Below, in pieces: positions 46,239 to 54,498 of a DNA stretch of 64,000 nucleotides. This stretch comes from an uncultured virus (IMG/VR IMGVR_UViG_3300010346_002377) (taxonomy: Duplodnaviria; Heunggongvirae; Uroviricota; Caudoviricetes). Where the stretch lies: the IMG/VR virus record IMGVR_UViG_3300010346_002377. One strand, 5' to 3'. The notes under the pieces were generated by a model that had not been told where the DNA came from, did not search any database, and was given only the letters and a program-made list of their open reading frames with translations. How positions within the stretch are numbered: the first letter of the stretch is position 1; each line of letters begins with the position of its first letter. The position numbers were made by a program, and so were the translations under genes.

Positions 46239-46334
46239 CTAGCGGCCCTTCTTCGCGGGCATCTTCTTGGCGGCCTTCTTGGCGACGGGCTTCGCAGCCT
46301 TCTTCGCAACGGCCTTTTTCACGGGCTTCTTCAT
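46239..46334 (-). CDS. 31-aa Lys/Ala/Pro histone H1-like peptide (not in the ORF track)
   Basis: RBS AGGAGA, then MKKPVKKAVAKKAAKPVAKKAAKKMPAKKGR*. Confidence 0.7.
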   Translation of the reverse strand: MKKPVKKAVAKKAAKPVAKKAAKKMPAKKGR

Positions 46335-46409
46335 TGTGGATTTCTCCTGTTTGTGCTTTGGCCCGTCGTGCCCGGCGGACCTGGTTTGCTTCTTGCCGGG
46401 GCACCGGTG

Positions 46410-47060
46410 CTATTCTTCGGAATCCTCGTCGACGTCGATCGTCTGGAGCTCCGGGTTGACTTGCATGGGCCCGATCTTCTGGCGCTGGGCCGGGCCGGCG
46501 CCGAGGTTGAACGAGATCAGCGGGCGCTTGTTGTTGGCGGCCGCGGCCTTCGCCAGGGCCTCCACCATGGGCGCCTGCTGCTGGTTGCCGGACAGGCTGA
46601 CGGAGCGCGCGCCGACGGCGCTGGACTTCTCCAGCACCTCGGAGAGCGTACGCAGCGTACTGATCGACTTCTTCAGGTCCTCGCAGACGTTTTGGAAGTC
46701 GGGCGAGTCCGGGTCCTGCACCTTCTCCGCGAGCTTGCCTACGATGTCGACGAGCTTGTTGGAAATTTCAAGGTGCTTCTCGGCGGTGGGCACGCGGTTC
46801 TTCAGCAGGAAGTCGACGTACGCCGCCTGCTCCGCCCGCTGCGCCTCCGCGATCGCGGTCTTCTTCAACTCCACCAGCCCGAACTGCTTCAGCGCCAGCT
46901 TCACCACGGCCGTTGAAACGCCGATGTGCATGCCGATGTCCGTGATCGACATGTTCGTGTTCATGTAGTCGTGGGTCAGCTTCGTGACCGCGTCGACGGA
47001 CATGTCGAGCGGTTTCTCGGGCGTCTCGAAGTCGAACGGGACTGGAAGAGTCTCGGCCAT
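46410..47060 (-). CDS. HTH protein, probable terminase small subunit
   Basis: N-terminal HTH SITDIGMHIGVSTAVVKLAL, two long helices, C-terminal ISFNL strand and TIDV tail typical of TerS. Confidence 0.5.
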   Translation of the reverse strand: MAETLPVPFDFETPEKPLDMSVDAVTKLTHDYMNTNMSITDIGMHIGVSTAVVKLALKQFGLVELKKTAIAEAQRAEQAAYVDFLLKNRVPTAEKHLEISNKLVDIVGKLAEKVQDPDSPDFQNVCEDLKKSISTLRTLSEVLEKSSAVGARSVSLSGNQQQAPMVEALAKAAAANNKRPLISFNLGAGPAQRQKIGPMQVNPELQTIDVDEDSEE

Positions 47061-47063
47061 CGT

Positions 47064-47339
47064 CTAGCCCGCGGTGACCTTGTAGTCCGTGCGGGGCACG
47101 GCCGTGACCTTGCGAACCCCGACGTAGCGGACGAGCTGGTACTCGCCGGCGTCGAGGCGGCCCTCGCCCATCCACGCCTCGACCTCGTCGAGCGTCGTCA
47201 TCGTCTCGGGCGGCTGCGCGGGGACGAGCTCGAGCATTCCGTCTGGCTTGGCCCGGAGGATGCGGATCGGGGAGCTGCGGCGCCCGGCGCGGGGCTTGGC
47301 CTCGGCTGCGGCTTCTGCGGTTGCGGTTTCTTCGTTCAT
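47064..47339 (-). CDS. Hypothetical protein
   Basis: RBS AAGGAG before ATG 47339. Confidence 0.6.
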   Translation of the reverse strand: MNEETATAEAAAEAKPRAGRRSSPIRILRAKPDGMLELVPAQPPETMTTLDEVEAWMGEGRLDAGEYQLVRYVGVRKVTAVPRTDYKVTAG

Positions 47340-47391
47340 GTTTCTGGTCTCCTTGCGGCCGGGTTGTGCGGCCATTGTTCTGCTCATGTTA

Positions 47392-47697
47392 TCACGCGCC
47401 CGGAATTTGGCAAGCGGAGATTCCGCCTTTCCATCCGAGCTCGTCTTCCGTGCGGTAGTTGATCGCCGCGTGGAAATCTTCGTCCCCGTCGTCCACGCGA
47501 ATCGTGGACACCAGCGCGCGTCCGACGAACTCCGGCAGCGGCAGCGCGGCGTCGAAGGGGCGCGGCGCGTAGCTCTGCGTGCGGCTTCGCCAGCCGTCCG
47601 GGTCCATGATCGTCACGCCGAGCAGCGCTTCCCACCCGGAAGGCGGCAGCTCCAGCTTCAGCATCGCGTCGTATTTTTTTCTGGTCATCGAGGGCAT
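47392..47697 (-). CDS. Hypothetical protein
   Basis: RBS AAGGA; starts just after the primase-helicase stop. Confidence 0.55.
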   Translation of the reverse strand: MPSMTRKKYDAMLKLELPPSGWEALLGVTIMDPDGWRSRTQSYAPRPFDAALPLPEFVGRALVSTIRVDDGDEDFHAAINYRTEDELGWKGGISACQIPGA

Positions 47698-47701
47698 CGT
47701 T

Positions 47702-49945
47702 TTATCCTTGGGTTGCGGGTTTCGCTTCGTCCACGTCGAACGGGACTTCGTCGTTGTATTCCCCGAGCAGGTCGTACGGCATCGTCCACAGCGTCGAGTT
47801 CGTCTTCGCGTCCTTCCCCTGCGTCAGCGGTAGCAGCTTTCGGGCGTAGACGTGGCTCAGCTGGTAGCTGAGCGCCTTCACGTTCTTGAACTCCCGGACG
47901 AACGCGCCGTTGGCCTCGTTCAGGATGCTGTACAGCTCGGCCGTCGTCCCGCGCCACAGCTTGTGCTTGCGGTTCTCCGGGTCGGCGACCAGCAGCGACT
48001 TCATCACGCGGATCAGGAACTCGGACAGGATGCCCGGGGGCCCCTGTTGCAGCGCGGTCATCATCAGGTCGCGGTGGTGGAACGCGTCCAGCGTGAACCG
48101 GGTGCGCTCGGACAGCAGGTGCTCGGGGTAGGGCCAGTCCAGCAGAAACCGGGCGAACCACGGAAGCTCCTTGCGAAGCTGCTCCTTCATGTCCCGGCGG
48201 CGCCCGAACTTGAACAGGCGGTTCGACGTCTTGTACAGTGAGATCTTGTCCTTCGTGGAGATGTCCATGTTGGGCAGGATGCTCAGCGACTCGGAGTCCT
48301 CGTTGCACGACACGATCACGCGCCCGAACCAAGGGAGCTCGCCTTCCTTGCGGTACTTCTGCGCCGAGCGCAGCGTGGCGTTGGCGGCCAGCTTCTTCAG
48401 CTTGTTCGTCATCAGCGTGACCGTTTTGTAGTCGGCCGTGGCGGAGCCGTCGGCCACGAAGATCACGGGCGACGCCGTAAGGTCCGCCGTCCACTTGCTG
48501 TCTTCCACGAGGTACGACGAGCCATCCATGCACCCGCCCATCAGCGTTCCGAAGATGGCTTCCGTGAAGAACGATTTGCCGCGGTCCGGAGGTCCGGCGA
48601 GGTACACGACCAGCCCCGTCTCCGGGTTCAGGTTGACGCCGCACTCGTACGAGTGCTTCATCCACGCCATCAAATGGAGCAGCTGCCCCTGGGGGTCCTC
48701 GCCGTTGTCGTCCGTGAACAGGGTCGACATGAACTCGTGTATAAGGGGGAACCGCGCCGGCCCGTCGGACCACTCCATGTTTCGCCCGATATGCGGCATC
48801 GCGGCCATCGGCATCCGCGACCCCGTGTTCAAAAACCGCTTCCCATCGCTCATTTCGACTATCCCTTCCGCGTGGTGCAGGATGCTCCCGTACCCGCTAA
48901 CTCTGTTTAACCTGCGTATCTGTCCCTCGATCCGGTCGATTTCCGACTTGGTGTCGCCCTTCGCGATCTTCCCGGAGAAGTTCATGTTGCGAAGCTGCTG
49001 CGCGAACTCGTTCTCCTTCCAGGCCAGCCACTGCTTCGACTCCGGGTCCCGCATGATGAACCGGCTCTCTTCGTCGGAGTAGTACGTGTTGTTGTTGACC
49101 ACCTCGGTTTTGTTCGCGGCGAACTGCGCCACGAACTGCGACCCGAAGATTTTCTCCCACGACAGAAACGCCTGTTCGCCGGAGTACGCCATCATGCCGT
49201 CCTTGCGTACCTGCGCGCCCGTCGGGTTGTCCGCGGACGGATCCCAGAACCGGATTCCGCGGGCCCCCTCGACGAACGGACCGGACCACCGGTTGGGGTA
49301 CTTTTCCGCCACGGCTTCGGCGACGGCCTCCAGCGGTATCGCGAACTCGCGCGTGCCCTCCCACAGCTCGAGGTTCTTGGTGGCCTCCCACATCCAGAAT
49401 GAGATCAGGGAGTGCGGCAGCTTGCGCTTTCCCATCTCCACCCAGGGGTACCCCGCCGCATAGTATTGGGTCGTGTTTGCCAGCAGCCCGGAGTCCATGC
49501 CCTGCAGCCACTTGTTCAGCTTCAGCTCCTTGTGCAGCCGGGCCGTGAACGCGGTGAGCATCTTCTGGCTCCCGACCGGGATCGGCTTCTCGAACAGCCA
49601 ATACAGCTTCGCCCCTCCGCTGAAGGACACGGAGCCGTAGTTGGGAACGAACTCGCCCTCCGGGTTTTCGACGAGGCCGCGCAGCTGGTCCGTCGTGCAG
49701 TTCTTGTAGTCGTAGTCGACAATAAGACCGTGCATGAGCACCGGAGGGTTGTCCTTCGTGATGCGGACGTTCGGGCTCGTGCCCTCGAACAAGGACAGGA
49801 AGCTGTAGTCGGTGGCCAAATGCGCCACCCACTTCTTGTACGCGTCCTTCGTCGTGATGTGGTCCGGCACTTTCGCCGAAACCTCCCACGGCGCCTCTAT
49901 CAAATCGGCGGACTGCGCCGACATGTTTTTTAGCGAGAAAAACAC
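47702..49945 (-). CDS. Primase-helicase (AEP/PrimPol-like N-terminus with SF3/D5-like helicase)
   Basis: RBS AGGAGG before GTG 49945. LIVDYD and SFSGGAKLYW primase-like motifs; Walker A GPPDRGKS, B-like VIFVAD, sensor VSCNED. Confidence 0.8.
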   Translation of the reverse strand: MFFSLKNMSAQSADLIEAPWEVSAKVPDHITTKDAYKKWVAHLATDYSFLSLFEGTSPNVRITKDNPPVLMHGLIVDYDYKNCTTDQLRGLVENPEGEFVPNYGSVSFSGGAKLYWLFEKPIPVGSQKMLTAFTARLHKELKLNKWLQGMDSGLLANTTQYYAAGYPWVEMGKRKLPHSLISFWMWEATKNLELWEGTREFAIPLEAVAEAVAEKYPNRWSGPFVEGARGIRFWDPSADNPTGAQVRKDGMMAYSGEQAFLSWEKIFGSQFVAQFAANKTEVVNNNTYYSDEESRFIMRDPESKQWLAWKENEFAQQLRNMNFSGKIAKGDTKSEIDRIEGQIRRLNRVSGYGSILHHAEGIVEMSDGKRFLNTGSRMPMAAMPHIGRNMEWSDGPARFPLIHEFMSTLFTDDNGEDPQGQLLHLMAWMKHSYECGVNLNPETGLVVYLAGPPDRGKSFFTEAIFGTLMGGCMDGSSYLVEDSKWTADLTASPVIFVADGSATADYKTVTLMTNKLKKLAANATLRSAQKYRKEGELPWFGRVIVSCNEDSESLSILPNMDISTKDKISLYKTSNRLFKFGRRRDMKEQLRKELPWFARFLLDWPYPEHLLSERTRFTLDAFHHRDLMMTALQQGPPGILSEFLIRVMKSLLVADPENRKHKLWRGTTAELYSILNEANGAFVREFKNVKALSYQLSHVYARKLLPLTQGKDAKTNSTLWTMPYDLLGEYNDEVPFDVDEAKPATQG

Positions 49946-49956
49946 GGCGGTTCCTC

Positions 49957-51846
49957 CTACTTGGTGTACCGGTCGTGGACGCCCCATTCCGTTTCAAGCG
50001 GGCAGTCCCCCAGCCACGGGGACGACGTCGTCATCAGGCGGGAGATTTCCTCTCCGTACTCCTGCGCGTTCTTTTCCGGAACCTCCGCCACGACTTCGTC
50101 GTAGATCGTGAACACCACGCGGCAGTCGTCGAGCTCCTCGATCTTCGGCACGCAGTCCGACAGGACGTCGTACCCGGTCGCCTGCATGATGTTCTCCGTG
50201 ATGCGCCCGGCAAACAGGCGCTGGGCCTGCTCGCCATTCAGCATGCTGGCGTAGATGTCCGTGCGCGGCTTCCCGGTGTCGGGGTCTTCCGTCGTCTCGA
50301 AGTGCGGATCGAAGTACGTGATCCAGCGGCCCGATTTCAGCTGCACCCGGTGCGTCGCGTCGCCCTGCGTGGCGCTGTTCGTCAGGCACATCTGGTGCTT
50401 GAACCAGAACTGCGTGATGAGAGGCGACTTGTTGCGGAACGTGAAGATGGCCTCCCGGGCTTGTTTCTCCGTAGGCCGGTAGGCGCCGCCTGTCAGCACG
50501 GGCGCCTGTTGCATGAACCGCTTCCAGCCCATCTGGTACCCGGCCCCCAGCACGAGGGCCTTCACCATCGCGTAGGTCGCCGGGTCCGAGTGCTTCAGCC
50601 CCTTCGTGTTCTTGAGCCCGAGCAGCTGCGTGGCGCGGGCCTCGTAGATGTTGTAGCCCTCGCGGATCAGGTTTATGGTTTCCGTGTCGCCGGCGTACGC
50701 GAGCAACAACCGCGCCTCGACCTGCGAAAAGTCAGCGATGATGAACTTGTGCCCCTTGCGCGGAACGATCATGTGCCGCAGGTTCACGCCTTGCAGCTCG
50801 CCCTTCGGCAGGTTGTACAGGTTGAACTTCTCTCCGGAGTCGTCGTTGGAGCTGCGGCGCTTTGCCCCGGCCGTCAAGCGACCGCTGTGCGCCCCGAAGT
50901 AGACGGACTGGTACGGCGCCGTGCCGTCCGGCCGCGCGAGGGCGCGCAGCGTCTCGACCTTCTTGAGCAGGGTGTTCGCCTGCCGGTAGTCCCGGTATGC
51001 CCGCACCCACGGGAACTCGTCGGCGTACTTGGCGTAGAACTCCTGCGCCTTCTCGTCGCCCTTGGCGAGGCTGGCGGGCGCCTTGATCCCGACGGCGCGG
51101 GCCTGTCGCCTAAACGCGATCGGGGACAGCGGCTTGTCGTCCGGGTACCACGGGAGCGCCCGCTTGTTTTCGAACTCGGCCTTGGACAGCAGGTCGAACC
51201 CGGCCTCCACGAGTTCGGCGTCGGTGGCGAACCCGCGCCACGCGGCTTCCCGGTTCCATTCGCTGAACGCTTGCTCCTTTACGGGCCAGTCGGCCAGATG
51301 GTCGGATGCTACGCGCCGGCTCCAATGGGCGTCGACGCCGCCGGCGGCCACGATGCGCGGCCACGCGGGGTCCGCCTTCAGCTGTTCGCGGGTCTTGCCC
51401 TTGGCGTCGTGGCGGTACTCCTTCGACACGTTCTCCCCATACAGCTGCTTAACGGTGTTTTGCAGGGAGCGGTACACGCGGAGGTACGCGGCGAGGTCGG
51501 CGGTGCAGGCCCAGCGGGCCGGGTTGCAATCGGCCGGGATTATCCCGTCTTTCTGTGCCCGCCGCCAGACGAGCGCGTCGAACGAGGCGTTGTGGGCCAC
51601 GGCCAGCTTTCCGTCGAGCCGGTGCCATTCGGCGAAGTCGCGCGGGTCGCCGCACCATTCCCAGTCCGGGCCCTTGAACGCCACGAGGTACGGAGCGGTC
51701 TGCGGGTGGAACACGTAGGCGTACGGGTTCATTTCGCGCAGGGAAACTTCGTCGTCGTAATAGGTTTCGAAGTCCACCGCCACGCATTCGGCGATTTCTT
51801 TCGGGGAGTTCCACGCGGAACGGTCTACCTGGGTTTTTTGGATCAC
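49957..51846 (-). CDS. polA: Family A DNA polymerase with 3'-5' exonuclease
   Basis: Exo motifs VDFETY and AHNASFD; motif A ADFSQVEARLL, motif B KALVLGAGYQMG, ENIMQA, motif C IYDEV. Confidence 0.92.
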   Translation of the reverse strand: MIQKTQVDRSAWNSPKEIAECVAVDFETYYDDEVSLREMNPYAYVFHPQTAPYLVAFKGPDWEWCGDPRDFAEWHRLDGKLAVAHNASFDALVWRRAQKDGIIPADCNPARWACTADLAAYLRVYRSLQNTVKQLYGENVSKEYRHDAKGKTREQLKADPAWPRIVAAGGVDAHWSRRVASDHLADWPVKEQAFSEWNREAAWRGFATDAELVEAGFDLLSKAEFENKRALPWYPDDKPLSPIAFRRQARAVGIKAPASLAKGDEKAQEFYAKYADEFPWVRAYRDYRQANTLLKKVETLRALARPDGTAPYQSVYFGAHSGRLTAGAKRRSSNDDSGEKFNLYNLPKGELQGVNLRHMIVPRKGHKFIIADFSQVEARLLLAYAGDTETINLIREGYNIYEARATQLLGLKNTKGLKHSDPATYAMVKALVLGAGYQMGWKRFMQQAPVLTGGAYRPTEKQAREAIFTFRNKSPLITQFWFKHQMCLTNSATQGDATHRVQLKSGRWITYFDPHFETTEDPDTGKPRTDIYASMLNGEQAQRLFAGRITENIMQATGYDVLSDCVPKIEELDDCRVVFTIYDEVVAEVPEKNAQEYGEEISRLMTTSSPWLGDCPLETEWGVHDRYTK

Positions 51847-52013
51847 GTTTGCCTCCTTGGCATTTTTGGTTTACTGGCCCACCTTGGGCCAAAGTTGGGA
51901 GCCCCTCGCCGTGGACAACGCGGGACAGGCGAAACGGGAGTTTCGTATGACGCGTCGGCGAGGGGCAAAATTCATCGGCCTGTCCTTTCTGCGGTGTCCA
52001 ACCGTGTGCGCAC

Positions 52014-52040
52014 ATTATGCCAAGAGCTCGGCCCCGTCAA
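52014..52040 (-). promoter_or_regulatory. Possible promoter of the polymerase/primase operon
   Basis: Minus strand TTGACG-N15-CATAAT with extended TG; the spacer is short. Confidence 0.45.
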
Positions 52041-52090
52041 GGGCAATTTGAAAAAATTTTTCGGGCTCGCTCCCGCGAGCGGCGCGGGAG

Positions 52091-52128
52091 AAAAAAAAAG
52101 CCACCAAACGCTTGAGGCGTCTGGTGGC
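52091..52128 (-). terminator. Rho-independent terminator
   Basis: Minus strand GCCACCAGACGC-CTCAA-GCGTTTGGTGGC followed by T9. Confidence 0.85.
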
Positions 52129-52133
52129 CGCGG

Positions 52134-52430
52134 TTATTTGTTGAAACACTCTTCGGGAACGGCGTCGGCGCACCCGTCGCAAACGTACCCGGTTCCGATC
52201 TTTCGGGTGCCGGGCGCGTTGCATCGGATGCACTGTTTGCTGGTTGCCTTGGTTGTGAGGTCGGTTCCGCAAATCGGGCACCGGCTGAAGTTCAAGGCGT
52301 GTTCCCCGGGCTCCTGCTCGAACCGCAAAGAAGGTTCGAACGTGAGCCCGTGGATGCACTTGTCCGTTTCCTTGTGGAGCGAAACGGCGCTGCTCATCAG
52401 CGAGCGGGACAGCAACAATCGTTGGTCCAT
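52134..52430 (-). CDS. Small multi-CxxC zinc-finger protein
   Basis: CPIC, CIRC and CDGC motifs; ends directly before the terminator. Confidence 0.6.
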   Translation of the reverse strand: MDQRLLLSRSLMSSAVSLHKETDKCIHGLTFEPSLRFEQEPGEHALNFSRCPICGTDLTTKATSKQCIRCNAPGTRKIGTGYVCDGCADAVPEECFNK

Positions 52431-52445
52431 CGTGGGGTCCTTTCA

Positions 52446-52480
52446 AAAATGTCCCCGCCCCGGCCGAAGCCGGGACGGGG
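52446..52480 (-). terminator. Terminator-like hairpin after the SSB-like gene
   Basis: Minus strand CCCCGTCCCGGC-TTCG-GCCGGGGCGGGG then ACATTTT. Confidence 0.65.
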
Positions 52481-52497
52481 AGCTGTTCAACGACTAC

Positions 52498-53310
52498 CTA
52501 GCCGCCGAGCGTTTCGTACAGCGCCTTGATCTCCGCCTCGGTCTTCGTCGACGCGAGCCGCAGGGCCGGCACCATCGTGAAGTTCCCGGATTTCGGGAAG
52601 TGGCGGGTCTTGGTCGTCAGCGCGAACGTGGCCGCGGGCAGGCCCAGCATCCGGTGGGAGTAGCTGGAAGCCCGGTTGATCACCGGAGCGACTTCCTCGT
52701 ACGCCCACGTTTCGGCCAGCATCTTGGCCGGCGCGTACCACTTGCCGGCGATCGGCACGTAGTAGTAGCTCCGGTCCTCGATGCCTTGCGGCTCCTCAAG
52801 CAGCATCGCGAGCCAGACGGCCGGCTTGCAGTTCTGCTTCTTCGCCGGGTCGTCCCAATCGCTTGAGCCGCGGGGCGGCTTCTGCGTGATCAGGCCGGCC
52901 GCAATCGCCTCCTTCTCCGTCTGGAACTCGCGCGGGAACGTGTCCGGGGGCCAGGGGTACGGGAGGATCTCGCGCCAGCAGTCGGCCACCTTCAGGATGG
53001 TCACCATGACGGGCTCCTCGGCTTCGAACCCTCCGCCCTTCTTCGACGCGGGCGGCTCGTACAGGACAACCGTGTCGTCCAGAACGAGAGACCCCGCGGG
53101 GGCCACTTTGTCCTTCGCAAGTTTGCCGACTCCGTGGACGATTTTCACCGTCGGGGTGTTGTCCTTGATCGGCGTGCGGATCACCGTGTCGCCGGGACGG
53201 GCCAGTCCGGTTTCGGAAAGGCGGGCCACGGAGGTGGTCTCCGGAATGTCGGGGCGGTCGTCTCCGGGAATGAATTCGGAGGCCGGGTCGTCGTGTTTTA
53301 CGTCTGCCAT
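52498..53310 (-). CDS. Putative single-stranded DNA-binding/recombination protein
   Basis: Position in the replication module, own strong promoter and terminator, beta-rich with a C-terminal KSGNFTMVP strand. Function inferred from context only. Confidence 0.45.
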   Translation of the reverse strand: MADVKHDDPASEFIPGDDRPDIPETTSVARLSETGLARPGDTVIRTPIKDNTPTVKIVHGVGKLAKDKVAPAGSLVLDDTVVLYEPPASKKGGGFEAEEPVMVTILKVADCWREILPYPWPPDTFPREFQTEKEAIAAGLITQKPPRGSSDWDDPAKKQNCKPAVWLAMLLEEPQGIEDRSYYYVPIAGKWYAPAKMLAETWAYEEVAPVINRASSYSHRMLGLPAATFALTTKTRHFPKSGNFTMVPALRLASTKTEAEIKALYETLGG

Positions 53311-53475
53311 GTGCAGTTTTCTTTCTTGGTTTGCGTGTTTTTGTCTCGGTCAGTTCTCAACGCGCAGCCGGTCTCCCGGCGGCTCGCTCGGCCTGCCGAG
53401 GCAAAGAGCGCGCAAATCGCAACAATACGTGTCATGTTCCCAGTCATCACCTCCTTCGGGTGTTTGAAGGTTTGA

Positions 53476-53505
53476 ATTATACCAAACCGGATTTGTTTTA
53501 GTCAA
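53476..53505 (-). promoter_or_regulatory. Strong sigma70-like promoter
   Basis: Minus strand TTGACT-N18-TATAAT with extended TG. Confidence 0.7.
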
Positions 53506-53506
53506 C

Positions 53507-53932
53507 CTACTCTCCGTACCAAAACAGCGACGCGTACCACAGCAGAGCCTCGCGCTTCGCGTTGGACACCTTGAGCGGCGTCCACGGGAGGAACCAGTCC
53601 TGCCACTCGAGCACGGCGGTCTCCGGCTCGTTGTTGTCGTCGAGTCGGCCGACGATCCGAAACGCCGGGCCGCCTGTGCCGAGAAGAATTTCATACTCCT
53701 CCGGGTCCCCGCGTTCATCGGCCAGAGATCTCCAGCCGTCGCGCACCTGGATGGACAACGGCTCCTCGCGGATGCGGTCGACCAAGTCGCGCGAATCCGT
53801 GAACTCCTCGTTGTCGTAGACGAACGGCTCGCCGTCCTCCTGAAACTTCAGGTACAGCTTGTGCTGTTCCAGGATGGAGCTGGCAATTCCGTTCGCCTGC
53901 CTCCTTACCCTCGCTTTTTCGTTCTGCGGCAC
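53507..53932 (-). CDS. Phage hypothetical protein (YEILLGTGGPA...QDW motif)
   Basis: GGAGG before GTG 53932; EEYEILLGTGGPAFRIVGRLD...WQDWFLPW. Start position uncertain. Confidence 0.65.
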   Translation of the reverse strand: MPQNEKARVRRQANGIASSILEQHKLYLKFQEDGEPFVYDNEEFTDSRDLVDRIREEPLSIQVRDGWRSLADERGDPEEYEILLGTGGPAFRIVGRLDDNNEPETAVLEWQDWFLPWTPLKVSNAKREALLWYASLFWYGE

Positions 53933-54228
53933 GCGGTCCTCCGTTTCTTGTCGGCCATTTCGACCTGCGTCATTTCCTCGAGGGCCTCCACGGTGCCGCG
54001 CAACTTGATCCGCATGACGTCGTCGCGCAACATGGCGCGCGTTTCGGCGTTCGGAACCCGCGCCGCCAAGGCAAACAATTTCGTGATTTCGGCCTGCGTC
54101 GCGTGCCTTCCGTCGAAGGCGTCCCAGTCGATGCACGCCACTTCGACGCCTCTCGGATGGTACGCCAAATGCGCGCAACCTCCGGACACGCAGACGAGGA
54201 CGAACGGCTTTCTACTTTTCTTTTTCAT
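53905..54228 (-). CDS. Hypothetical protein (V.V.GG...GVEV..IDWD type)
   Basis: ATG 54228; motif VCVSGGCA...PRGVEVACIDWD. Confidence 0.55.
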   Translation of the reverse strand: MKKKSRKPFVLVCVSGGCAHLAYHPRGVEVACIDWDAFDGRHATQAEITKLFALAARVPNAETRAMLRDDVMRIKLRGTVEALEEMTQVEMADKKRRTACRRTKKRG

Positions 54229-54316
54229 TCTTCGCTTTCCGCTCCGCGAACGGGAGCCTTGTTGTTCCTTCTTTAATCGCCGTCTGCCAGTCACGGAAAC
54301 GCCGGGCCTCCGTCAT
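54212..54316 (-). CDS. 34-aa stand-alone copy of the DWQxAxxxGxTxLPF module
   Basis: ATGA-coupled start; MTEARRFRDWQTAIKEGTTRLPFAERKAKNEKEK is similar to the C-termini of 58710-59096 and 63756-64000. Confidence 0.45.
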   Translation of the reverse strand: MTEARRFRDWQTAIKEGTTRLPFAERKAKNEKEK

Positions 54317-54498
54317 TTTGTTTTGCCATGTTTCTTCTCCTTCTTCGCTTGCTTGATTTCTCCGTGCTCCAGGAACCCTCCTATCGGGGCGTCCCCGGAT
54401 TTGTGGAGCGCGTGCCACGCCCACAGCAGGTGGTCGAGCATAGCCTGCGCCGCCTTCTTGCTCGGGGCGTGGATCGTCAGGTTGATTGTTGCCTTCAT
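54313..54498 (-). CDS. Hypothetical protein
   Basis: ATGA overlaps at both ends; RBS GGAG. Confidence 0.55.
   Translation of the reverse strand: MKATINLTIHAPSKKAAQAMLDHLLWAWHALHKSGDAPIGGFLEHGEIKQAKKEKKHGKTK

Noticed and set aside
46267..46968. Plus-strand 233-aa hydrophobic ORF (MAAFLATGFAAFF...) as a membrane protein
   Set aside because: It is the antisense reading of the Lys/Ala H1-like peptide and the HTH gene.
51920..51990. Hammerhead ribozyme in the polA leader (CCGATGA...GAAAC on the minus strand)
   Set aside because: The core is CCGAUGA rather than CUGAUGA, there is no clear stem II, and stem III/UH geometry does not fit. A plain CGAAAC/GTTTCG hairpin explains the sequence.
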